DNA of 63,575 bases, filler included, from Reclinomonas americana ATCC 50394 (taxonomy: Eukaryota): NCBI GenBank assembly GCA_048213135.1. It is 22 parts of 22 records of this genome, joined end to end, with 100 filler letters (N's around TTAATTAATTAA, not from the genome) between each part and the next. Parts side by side here need not be neighbours in the genome. Positions count along the whole stretch, not along the records: positions 11,177 to 18,205 come from AFZH01024134.1; positions 18,306 to 20,742 come from AFZH01024135.1; positions 20,843 to 24,063 come from AFZH01024136.1; 19 more parts are not named here. One strand, written 5' to 3'. Of the stretch, positions 12,703 to 23,611 are shown one piece after another. Position numbers and translations under genes: made by a program. The notes under the pieces are model-generated. The model was not told the origin of the DNA, did no database searches, and was given only the letters and a program-made list of their open reading frames with translations. Numbering within the stretch: the stretch's first letter is position 1; each line of letters begins with the position of its first letter.

Positions 12703-15700
12703 TCACAAAATCACGCCGGTGAAATCAGGAAGGAAGGAGCCGATTATGCGCTCAAGCATTATTCCACGATTGTGAGTATCGCTCCCACTCGAAACAACAT
12801 CTGCCACCTCAGTTTCCGAACCCGCATGCCCTTCCAGTCGGCGCATCTGCTCGCCACCACCCGACACTGACCACACACGCAAAGTCTCGTCAAGACTGCC
12901 ACACATAATGTGCAGTCCATCGGGTGTCACAGCCACCGCGTACGCCTTCTCCATGTAGCCTTCCAGGCGACGCACCTCCGCGCCACTAGCCAGCGACCAC
13001 ACCCGCACAGTCTTGTCCCAACTGCCGCTCACAATATACCGACCATCCGGTGTCACTGTCGCTGCAGTCACCGCACTCGTGTGGCCCTCCAGTCGGCGCA
13101 CCTCCTCACCACTTGCCACCGACCACACCCGTACAGTCTTGTCATCACTGCCACTCACAATGTGTTGGCCATCGGGTGTCGCTGCCACTGCAGATACTGC
13201 ATCTGTGTGACCTTCCAGTCGTCGCTCCTCATTGCCACTTACCAACGACCACACTCGTACAGTGTTGTCCGCACTGCCACTCAGAATGTGATGACTATCG
13301 AATGTCACTGTCACTGAAAACACATAACTCGTGTGGCCTTCCAGTCGACACACCTCCTCGCCACTCGCCATCGACCACACCCGTACAGTACGGTCAAAAC
13401 TGCCACTCACAATGAACTTGCCATCAGGTGTCACCGCCACAGCATACACAGGATCCGCGTGGCCTTCCAGTCGGCGCACCTCCTCGCCACTTGCCACCGA
13501 CCACACCCGTACAGTCTTGTCTATACTGCCACTAACAATCTGCTGGCCATCGGGTGTTACCGTCACTGCCCGCACCGCTTCGGTGTGTCCTTCCAGTCGG
13601 CGCACCTCCTCGCCACTTGCCATTGACCACACTCGTACAGTCTTGTCTCGACTGCCACTCACAGCGTGCTGACAATCGGGAGTCACAACCACTGCCCGTA
13701 CACAATCAGTGTGGCCCTCCCGTCGTCGCACGTCCTCGCCACTTGCCATCGACCACACCCGTACAGTATTGTCTGCACTACCACTCACAATGTGCTGGAG
13801 GTCGGGTGTCACTGCCACTGCAAGCACCAAACTCGTATGGCCTTCCAGTCGGTGCACCTCTTCGCCAGTTGCCATGGACCACACCCGCACAGTCATGTCC
13901 TCACTGCCACTCACAATGTGCTGGCCGTCGGGTGTCACTGCCACGGCAAACACCGAGCCAGTGTGGCCTTCTAGTCGGCGCACCTCCTCGCCAGTCGCCG
14001 TAGACCACACGCGTACAGTCTTATCATGACTGCCACTCACAATGTGCTGGCCATCAGGTGTTACTGCCACGGCAAATACCGAGCCAGTGTGCCCTTCCAA
14101 TTGGCGCACCTCCTCTTCACTTGTCAGTGACCACATTCTTACAGTTTTGTCCTCACTTCCGCTCAAAATGTGCTGGCCATCAGGTGTCACTGCCACTGAA
14201 CGCACCCAATCTGTGTGGCCTTCCAGTCGGCGCACCTCCTCACCACTTGCCAGCGACCACACCCGTACAGTGTTGTCTCGACTGCCACTCACGATGTTTT
14301 GGCTATCGAGCGTTACTGCCATTGCACACATCCCACTCATGTGGCCTTCCAGTCGGCGCACCTCCTCGCCACTTGCCAACGACCACATACGTACAGTTTT
14401 GTCCTTGCTGCCACTCACAATGTGCTGTCCATCGGGTGTTACTGACACTTCATGCACCTCATCGACGTGACCTTCCAGTTGGCGCACCTCCTTGCCACTT
14501 GACACTGACCACACACGTACAGATTTGTCCGCACTGCCGCTCACAATGTGCCGGCCGTCGGGTGTGACAGCAACGGAGAACACCACTCCAGTGTGTCCAA
14601 ACATTGGCTTCCTCGGCCACTTCATACCCGTCTTGTCCGCCCCCCTGAAATCTGCCTCCCTCCCGAAGGCCAGACACGCATTCACCCCTCGCATATCCGC
14701 TCCCCTCCACACCGTCCGGTGCATCACTGCATCTCTCAAATCCGCACCTGGGATTCGCACACCCGACATATCGCGCCCACTGAACGACACCTCCGCGAGA
14801 CACAATGCACTCGCCGCACTCGACGACACTGAAGCGACTCTCTCCTCCGTGCGTGAAAGAGCAATCGCCTTCCACAGTACGCCATGAAGAGACGAATCTG
14901 GCCGCACTTGCTCGGCGACGAACGACAGGATGGAATTAAGTCCCTGCATCCAGCGAAGAAGGGGTGAGCGCATGTCGTGAGAGTGAATGATGGAAAGGAT
15001 GCACTCACTTCATCCGATGTGAGGAGTGTCCGCTGGCCACTGAAGCTGGCGCACAGTCTGTCGAGCCGATCCTGCACCGAGGTAGGTTGACAATCATGCA
15101 GGATGAATGATCAGAGAAGCACGACGATGCTCACCTCCAACTCCACCTCCTCATCGGCCAACAACCGCACATCAGCCAGCCACGACTGAGCGGCAAAGTA
15201 CTCCAGCACCGATTTGTGCATGAACTCCACACGCTGCTGCGATGCTCCAAGTCGACTCCACTTCAACAATGCCTGTGTAGTATCTCGAATGAGAATGCAG
15301 GGAATGCACCGCCATGAGAGAGGGAATATTATGACGACGCAACAGCACGAGCGAGGGAGTTCTGCAGCGGATCATCACGATCAAACCACTTGTTCCACAC
15401 ATGCTGCTCTGCGACAGCTTGTTGAGTGTGCTGTGATGAATGAAGGAGAGTGAGCTAAGAAACGCAGATGGAACAGGAATTGTAGAACCAGTCTCATGTT
15501 GAACGGCAAACCTCGAGCTTTCCCTGCCGCACAGACACCAACGAGTGTTGCATCATCTCTCCAGCAAGCTCCGAGCAAAAGTCCCACACTCGCAGACAGA
15601 AATCCTCTTCCGATTCTTCGTCGCCATACAACTGTGCAAGAATGATTTGTGTGAGAAGGCATGTATTCCACACTGTTATCCACAACCGCCAACGGCACAC

Positions 15701-17638
15701 CTGACGAATGTGCACTCGGTGATGCTCAAACTCCCAGCGCAGTTTGTATTTGGCAAACGCCTCATACAACCGTGCACGAGTCACGCGATTTGCGGAGAGT
15801 GCAGTACCACCGCCAGCGCCGTCATGGCGGTGCTGCATCCGTTCCAGATCTTCCATTACCAGAACAATCATATTCAACATCAGGGGCTGTTATGGAAATG
15901 GGGGAAAATGAGGAAAGTGAGTACCACCGCCGCGCGCCACTGCATGTACATGTGAAATTCTTTTGTTGTGCTGTCACTTTTCTTGTCGCTCTCGTACAAC
16001 ACTCTTCGCGTCGACATCATTGCGCACTCTGTCTCTTTCCATCACCAACGACTCACCGACGAAGCCAGGCCATCCAATCCCGGCGTGCGTTCGATCTGTT
16101 GCTTGTACTGCTTCCATGAGCGAGGGTGATCCGCTCGTGACTCCACAAACCTGCTCACACAAAAGTGAATGTGTAACCCAAGTGAACAAGCAGGGCAGAG
16201 CAGCGATGGCACTCAACTTGTGCAGAAAGAGATCAATGTCATCCTTGGAGAACAGACGCAGCATACATCGTACAAGAGTACGCTCCGACTGACGAAGCCG
16301 CTCGGCGCGCGACAGCTTCGGGTCCACAGGCACAAAGTGCTCTTCAGCCCAGAAGTTGCCGAGGCGGCTGATGAACTCGCGTCGCACCGACACCACCAGC
16401 AGCACATTGGGCCAACTCTACGCAATTGAGTGGGTAGAGTCACTCCACTGCATGCGTGCATATCACGCCACTTGGCACGACAACGTAACATCCAGGTCAT
16501 GGTTGACAAACAAGTTACCGGGTGTCTCACTGCACTCGTCATATCCGTCGAGCACCAGCACAACGGTGCCGATGTGTCGAAGCTGTGTGGTGTGACAAAT
16601 GTGAGGCAAGTAGGAACATCGCGTGCATAGAAACCATCAACGTGAAGAGATACACGCTGCAGAAATAGTGAGACAGCGAGTGGTGGTGGAGAGGGAGAGA
16701 CGCGCCATAAGAGAGAAAAAACGGAGAGAGAGAGACTGAGAAAGAGTAACGGAGAGAGAGAGAAAGTGGGAGAAAGACTGGAAGAGAGTGACGGAGAGAG
16801 AGAGGGAAGAAAGACTGAGAGAGAATGAGAGAGAATGAGAGAGAGAGAGAGACTGGAAGAGAGTGACGGAGAGAGAGAGGGAAGAAAGAGTGAGAGAGAG
16901 ACTGAGACAGAGACTGAGACAGAGACTGAGACAGAGACTGAGAGAGAGAGAGAGAGATGCTTGCAAGAACGATAGAGGAGCGCATTGGGGAAGGAAGACT
17001 GAGTGAGAGAAAGTGTATTCTCAACAAAGGAGGAGAGAAAGGACACAACGTCCAGCAACCTTGACCTTTAGGAGAGATACATCGTGAAAGAGAACGAAAC
17101 CGAGCAACCTAAAGCGAGACAAAGTGAAGATGGAGAGAGCGGGGGGAGCATGCACAATCACAAGAGAAAAACAATGTGTAAAAGTGACAGTATCTGGCAA
17201 AGAGCAAGGTAGATGACTCCACATGGAGAGATAAGGAGCAAAAGAGACTGGATGTCGAGTGAGCAAAGTAGGAAGTGAAATGCGTGAGTAGACTGAGAGA
17301 GAAAGATGTATGTGCAGGGACACATGCAAGCAAACTTCTCGAGACTCAACATCATGCTCCCAGCTCCACACAAACCACCACGAATCTGAATGCCAATCAA
17401 ACACAAACATACTCACCTCATCCTCTGTCACCTGCATCTTCGTGTCATCCACGGCCTCGTTGGCCTCGTGCAGGAGGTAAGGCAGCAGCGCTCCTGGCTT
17501 GCGCAGCACTTCCTCACGAGGAATGGCGGGAAGACGAGCCGACAACACCAGCGTGTCGTTGCGCGCATGCAGGCGAGCGGTGAGCTGGCGCAGCAGCACG
17601 GACTTGCCACCGCCGGACCATCCAGCGACCACCAGAAC
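12703..17638 (-). CDS. STAND/NACHT NTPase + pentapeptide repeats + 14 WD40 repeats (HET-E-like NLR architecture), copy A; N-terminus not resolved
   Basis: Spliced exons give Walker A GWSGGGKS (~17600-17623), Walker B VVLVLDGYDE (~16536-16565), SPLML, winged-helix EFMHKSVLEYFAA, FSGRDMSGVRIPGADLRDA pentapeptide segment, then 42-aa GH...SGS.D.TVRVW repeats in the long last exon (12703-14943). Confidence 0.9.
12830..14600 (-). repeat. 126-bp coding tandem repeat (14 WD40 units plus a degenerate 15th)
   Basis: ccttccagtcggcgcacctcctcgccacttgcca..gaccacacccgtacagt recurs every 126 nt. Confidence 0.95.
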
Positions 17639-18422
17639 CTGATCGCAAACGCATTCCGTAAGGCAGTGATTCAGCGAAGCACACAATGGCCAGCGCGCAC
17701 AAGAGAATGATGCAGTGTCGCACGAGGATGCAAACATTAAACATGCCCACAACTTGGAGAGGAAGGTCACAGACAGCATAGGTGTTGACTGGAAGAGAGC
17801 CCACTTGTTAACTGAAGCGCAGTACATGAGAAGGACGCAGCGAGATCAGCGACAGACATGTGCAATCGAAGACAGCGAAACAAGGCACAAGCAGGCGGTG
17901 AGGAAACGACCAACGGCAAAGAGAGACAGAGATGTGGGTGAAGGGAGAAGGGAAAGGCGGAGCAAATATCAGAGACAGAGAGAAGGAGATAGAGAGAGAG
18001 AGAGACAAGGGAGACAAGGGAGAGACAAGGGAGAGCGAAGGGAGAGAAAAGGGAGAGAGAGAAAAAGTGAGACAGAAGGGGAGAGAGAAAAGGGATAGAG
18101 AAGGGAGAGAAAGGGAGAGAGAACAGGGAGAGAGAACAGGGAGAGAGAAGGGAGAGAAAAGGGAGAGAGAAGGGAGAGAAAGGAGAGAGAAAGGAGAGAG
18201 GAGAGNNNNNNNNNNNNNNNNNNNNNNNNNNNNNNNNNNNNNNNNNNNNTTAATTAATTAANNNNNNNNNNNNNNNNNNNNNNNNNNNNNNNNNNNNNNN
18301 NNNNNGCGTATCTCCCTCTCGCTCGCTCGCTTTTCCGTGTGCATTTAGTTATGGTTGAGAGAGAGATAGATAGTGTGGTCGCAGAGCAGTGGCAGCAGTA
18401 GCAGCATTAGTTAGTGTTGTAT

Positions 18423-19173
18423 TCATTGATGACGGGGCCATGGTGGTGGCGGAGGAGGTGGTGGTGGTGGTGGTGGTGGTGGTACAGGGTGGTGTTGTTG
18501 TTGCTGAGCTTGCCGTCGGCTTCTTCGCTCCACATGCCGCACAAACACCAACTCTGCTCCATTGTGCACACCAAGTGCACGCAGCGACGGTTGCAAGTGT
18601 AGCTCATCGCCGGTCAGCGGCGGCAACAGCAGCCCACCGCCGACACTCAATCGCTGTCGCTTCCACACGTATCGCCTGCATGACACAAAAACGAGACGAG
18701 ACATTTGATACTCTCTCCCTTTCGCCACCAGGCGCGCACAGCACACACACACACACAAACCAGCTGATACGACGCGGTTGAATGAGTGGCTCCTCGCGCA
18801 CACGAATGGCGAGCTCGATGGCGCGTCGGAGCTCCACGAGACCCTCATCGGGACGCACCACAATCGCTGCCAAGAAACAACAAGTCAGAGCGCGCCTGCA
18901 GACGGAAGACACAAACTCACACGCACGCAACGAATCCTCTCGCCACCGTCCTTGCACAGCGTCAGCGTCCACGCAGAGCCCATCTCCGCCGCCAACAAAC
19001 GCTGCACATCGTCAACTCGACACTCTGCGTGTGCGGCAAAAAAATCAGTCAGACAAGACACGACGCACAACAGCTTGCGTTCAGTGGCGCGCACCTGCAG
19101 GCACATCCTGCAGCAACGGGTGCTCAAGAAGCCGCGCAATCTCCGCCTCCACGTCGCCCTCTTCTCCAAGCAT
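18423..19173 (-). CDS. SNRNP25: U11/U12 snRNP 25-kDa protein (ubiquitin-like fold), 4 exons
   Basis: Spliced MLGEE...HPLLQDVPA|ECRVDDVQRLLAAEMGSAWTLTLCKDGGERIP|IVVRPD..LVELRRAI...RRISW|RYVWKR...LRALGVHNGAELVFVR matches the family pattern DPLLxDLP...AxExGxA...ISWxYVW...LxxxGIxNxxExxF. Confidence 0.85.
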
Positions 19174-19224
19174 GCATGCGAAACACAACATGGAAATTTC
19201 CCTTCGTATGTTTCTCTCGTCACA

Positions 19225-22200
19225 ATGAACCCTGTGCGTCGTCGTCGCACACTCCCTCGCCCACTCACTCGCCCACTCACCGCCACTCTCACAGGACGAC
19301 ATTGAGTACAAGTTAGAAGTGCAGCGATCCGTGCGCGCGCACAAGAACATGGTGAAGAAGCAGCGCGAGGACGAGGAACGACGCAAGCGCGAGGCCGAGG
19401 ACGCCGCCGCACAAGAGCTGCAGACGTTTGTGCAGGCATTCGTGGCGACGCCGACGCCAGCCCGAAAAAGCGCGTCGGCACCACTGGCGTCGCCGTTTGT
19501 GCGCGGAGGTGTGCTGGACCCCGGCAAGAACGTGATCACTGCAAGCAGTGAGTCGACCGCTGCGACTGTGGCCACTGCGCACTCGTCTCCTCCGCGAGTG
19601 CCGTCTGCATTGCCGCTGCCGGCCGCGGGAGATGCGGTGCTGGCGATGGATGAGGCGGAGCAGCGATGGTTGCGCGAGGAGAAGGAGCGTGAGAAGAAGG
19701 AGCGTGCAAAGCGCAGGTTTCAGGCGGAGTTGGGCGTGTCGTCGTCGACGGCGGCGACGAGCAGTGCGGCGAGTGGGAGGCAGCGCGAGCTCGATGCGTA
19801 CCTGTTGGAGATGAAAAAGTTGCGGTGTTTTTTTTGCAGCAAAGAAGCATGCTTGTCGTTGTCTCTCTCTCATAGGGTGCACGCAGAGCGCGAGAGGAGC
19901 GAGAGATGGCGGCCAAGAGGAGGGAGGAGACAGGCGCGTCGCCGGCTATTGTGTCGTCGTCTTGTTGCGTTGCGGTGCCTTGCATGCACCGTTTTCTTTT
20001 CTGCGAGTTGTGACGCGATGCATGCAGCATCCGGGAGCCACCACGATTCCACCGAGCCCGACTCCACGAATCTGTACGTCGGCAACCTGAGTCCGTCGGT
20101 GACCGAGGAGGACTTGCTGAGGGAGTTTGGAAAGTACGTGTGCAATCGCGTTGAGGTCATCTCTTGCAAATGTATGGCTCATTCGGCTTGCAGGTACGGC
20201 GCAGTCGGCAGCGTCAAGATCATGTGGCCGCGTACAGCCGAGGAGCGCGATCGGAAGCGAACCAACTCGGGATTCGTGGCGTTCATGAAGCGTGAAGAAG
20301 CCGGGCGTGCCTTGTCGGCGCTGTCGGGTTTGTTGTTCCTGCATGTGATGGCACGTGACGACGAGTGTTACTGATTAATGGCCGCAGGTGTCATGCTGCA
20401 AGGGTGTGAACTGCGTGTGGGATGGGGCAAGAAGGTCCCGCTGCCCCCACGGCCAATCACTTGTGCGTCTGCTCGTTTCTGTGTGATGATCGGGGTGGAG
20501 TCTCACGCATTTCCTTTTTTTGTCGTGCAGCAATTGGGTCGTCGCAGGGTGATGCACCGGTGAGCGTATTCTGTGACATCCACTCTTCATATATCTCTCT
20601 GCTGACAATCTCTGCCACAGGCTGCTGCCAGTGTGGGTGTGGTTCCGAATGGTGCGCTCACGCGGCGAGTTTGCTTCTCAGTGCCCGTGATGCTCATTTT
20701 CTTGTGTGCAGCATACGGCGTGCGCTCCACGGGTCAGATTCANNNNNNNNNNNNNNNNNNNNNNNNNNNNNNNNNNNNNNNNNNNNTTAATTAATTAANN
20801 NNNNNNNNNNNNNNNNNNNNNNNNNNNNNNNNNNNNNNNNNNAAAAGGAGCACGGCAATCTCGATTTCTCGTTCCTCTTCTTCAACGGGACTCCCGACAA
20901 TGTGTACTATCGCTGGCGGATATTCTCGCTGGCTCAGGTGTGCCGTCAGGGCGTTGTTTATTTTGTGTGGAATGCTCTTCATTCACCTATTGCAACAGGG
21001 TGACACGCTCCGCGTGTGGCGGACAACGCCCTTTCAAATGTTTGCTGGCAACACCCTGTGGGTTCCGCCACCTTGCAAGGATGCCCCAGTTGCGCACAAT
21101 TCTCTCTATCTCTTTCTCGTTCCGCGTCCCTCGGATTACTCACAGAGCACGCTGTTCAGCCTCCCGACGCTCGAGCCTCAGCCGTTGACGCGGAGTCGGG
21201 ATCGACGTTGCTCGGCGTGCCGACGCGGAAACGCGTTCGTATCCTCAGCGACAGGCGACGGAAAGAGTTTTCGGTAAGCCTCTCTCATTATTGGTGCATT
21301 CCGGCGTGCACACTCACCGCCAATTGTTGATGTATGCAGGATTTGTTGGACAAGTTGACGGTGGAGAAAGATCGCGTGCGCGACGCCATGATGTTTGCGT
21401 TGGATTTTGCCGACGCTTCGGAAGAGGTTTGTGTGCGCTTCTACCAAGTTCATACTCACCTCGATGCTAAATTCCGTTGACGCTACTGCATAGGTCATTG
21501 ACATGATCGCGGATTCGATGGCCAAGGAGGATGCGGAGCCGGCACGACGCTTTGCGTTGCTGTTCTTGGTCTCCGACATTCTGTTCAACACCGGGTCGTC
21601 GAAAGTCAATGCCGGCCAGTATCGTTCCGGGTTTGTTGTCTGTCCTCTTCTCCTCTTCGTCCGCTGCCGCAGCGTCCTGACGAATCTGCGTGCGCTGTAG
21701 TTTCCAAGCTGTTCTGGTCGACATGTTTTCCGCGTTGAATGACATGTACCGTCGCGCTGGTGGTCGTTTCACTGCCGAGCTGATCAAGGAGAACGTGGTG
21801 CGCGTGCTGCGCGTGTGGGAGCGCTGGTCGCTGTACCCGCCACTCTTCATCCAGCGACTCGAAGCCACCCTGATTCGCGACAAGAACGCCGAAGCCAAGG
21901 CGGAAGAGCGCTCTGCGGCATCGTCGACAACCACACCAATGTCAACGTCGGCGCATTCAACTAGCGCGAGTGCCGTCAAGGACACTCCTCGGAGACGTGC
22001 AGAAGTGAGTGTCTTTCCGTTGTGTGATGTCGCTCAGTAGATTACTGACGCTGATGCCAGGCTCTCGCCGAGGCGCCGTACGATCCCGCGAATCCACCAA
22101 TCTTGCCGGTGGAGCACATTTCGTTTGCACTTACCGAAGCCATTGGCTCTGCCGATCCTCCTCCACCACCACCGCCCCCACCGCCACCATCTTCTTCGTC

Positions 22201-23318
22201 AGCAACAGCCCCGCCCAAGCCTCCATCCCAGGCAGGAGGTGGAAGGACGCCTGCAGCTGAGGAGTCGCGCTTGATGTATGCCTACGAACCGGAACCGGAA
22301 CCGCCCGAGGAAGTTGCGCGTGCTGCTGAGGATGCTGATTGCACCATGACACTCACGTGATACTCTATCAGGTCGCTCCAAGTCATCCGCTTGGCTTGTT
22401 TGGTGCGCCGATTCCAGCCGGTCGGCAACGAGGTCTGTGATGGTCGGCGGGTGGTGATTTCCTTTGCGTGTGTGTCACACTGGTTGCAGTGCCGTCGGTT
22501 TCGAGTCCCACTGCTGTGGCTTCATTACCAACGGCCATTCGCGCAAGCGATGACGGACCGGACACGCCGCCACCCGAAGACGTCGACAGTGAGGAGGATG
22601 TGGATCCGCGTGAAGCGCTGCGGCAACGACAGCACCAGCACTCTGCCTCGTCTCACTCGCATCAGTCGCAAAGTCAGCGTGCCCACGATGGTGCTTGTTG
22701 CCCGTGCCCTTCTTGTATTCCTCCACTGCGTGACCAACTTGTGCTTCCTCAATGGCGCAGCTCGTGCTAATGACACGGTGGAAGACGAAGAGACGAGGAA
22801 GCGACTGCGACAAGTGGAAGTTGCGTCGTCACCGACTACACTTAAGAGACGCCGTGTTACTAATGATCCGGCAGGTGGAGATTCTGAAGCTGCGCGATGC
22901 GCTGGAGAGCCAGGGCCTGCCGCCCAGCGCCGTGGAGGAGCGGTGCAGAGCGCGACGAGCGGAGATGATTGCCAATGTGCATCGCTCGCCCACCATCGCA
23001 GCAGCCGACAACAGCAGCCGGCATCCATCCTCATCGTCGTCGTCGTCGTCGTCATCCAATCGTCGACGAGAGCCATCACCGGAGCGACACCGCGACCGCC
23101 GCGACCGCGAGCACGACCGAGACAGCCGAGATTATCGGGACCGAGACAGAGATCGCGACCGAGACCGTGATCGGGATCGCGATCGCGATCGTGACAGAGA
23201 CCGAGATCGCGATTACCACAGGCGACCACCACCGCCGCCGCCGCCACCACCATCAGGCAAGCGCGGTTCCAGTCGCAGTCCGTCAGGGTCGCCGCCACGC
23301 AATCGGCAGCGGCGTTGA
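19225..23318 (+). CDS. U2SURP: U2 snRNP-associated SURP-domain protein (SR140): RRM, SURP, CID, cwf21, RD/RS tail; spans linker 20743-20842
   Basis: STNLYVGNLSP...SVKIMWPRTAEERDR...GFVAFM...LRVGWGK.VP.PP, YYRWRIFSLAQ|GD...W...PFQMF, LFLVSDILFN, VLRVWERWSLYP, RLRQVE|VEILKLRD; short GT-AG introns. Confidence 0.93.
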
Positions 23319-23611
23319 CGACACGTCAGTTAATGAATGGGAACAATGTGTGAATTCGCGACAGCAACAATGTGGCAGGTCGATTCCACGGCCACCGTAG
23401 CAGTTGTCAGCTGATTCAGTCCATCGCGTAATGCAGCAACAGTCTCCACTGCGATGCAGGGGAACCGCAGCCACTTTGCACCACTGCTATTGTCCGCAGT
23501 CCATTGCGTTGCGAGGCTGCTGCGGGCATCAACGCAAAATGTGCATCCGGCACTGCAATGCACACACAAACAGAAGGAATGAGGGGCTCGTGTGTGTGAT
23601 ATGCACGTGGA

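Noticed and set aside
12830..14600. WD40 variation as a diversity-generating retroelement
   Set aside because: No reverse transcriptase or template repeat is visible, and changes are not obviously adenine-specific
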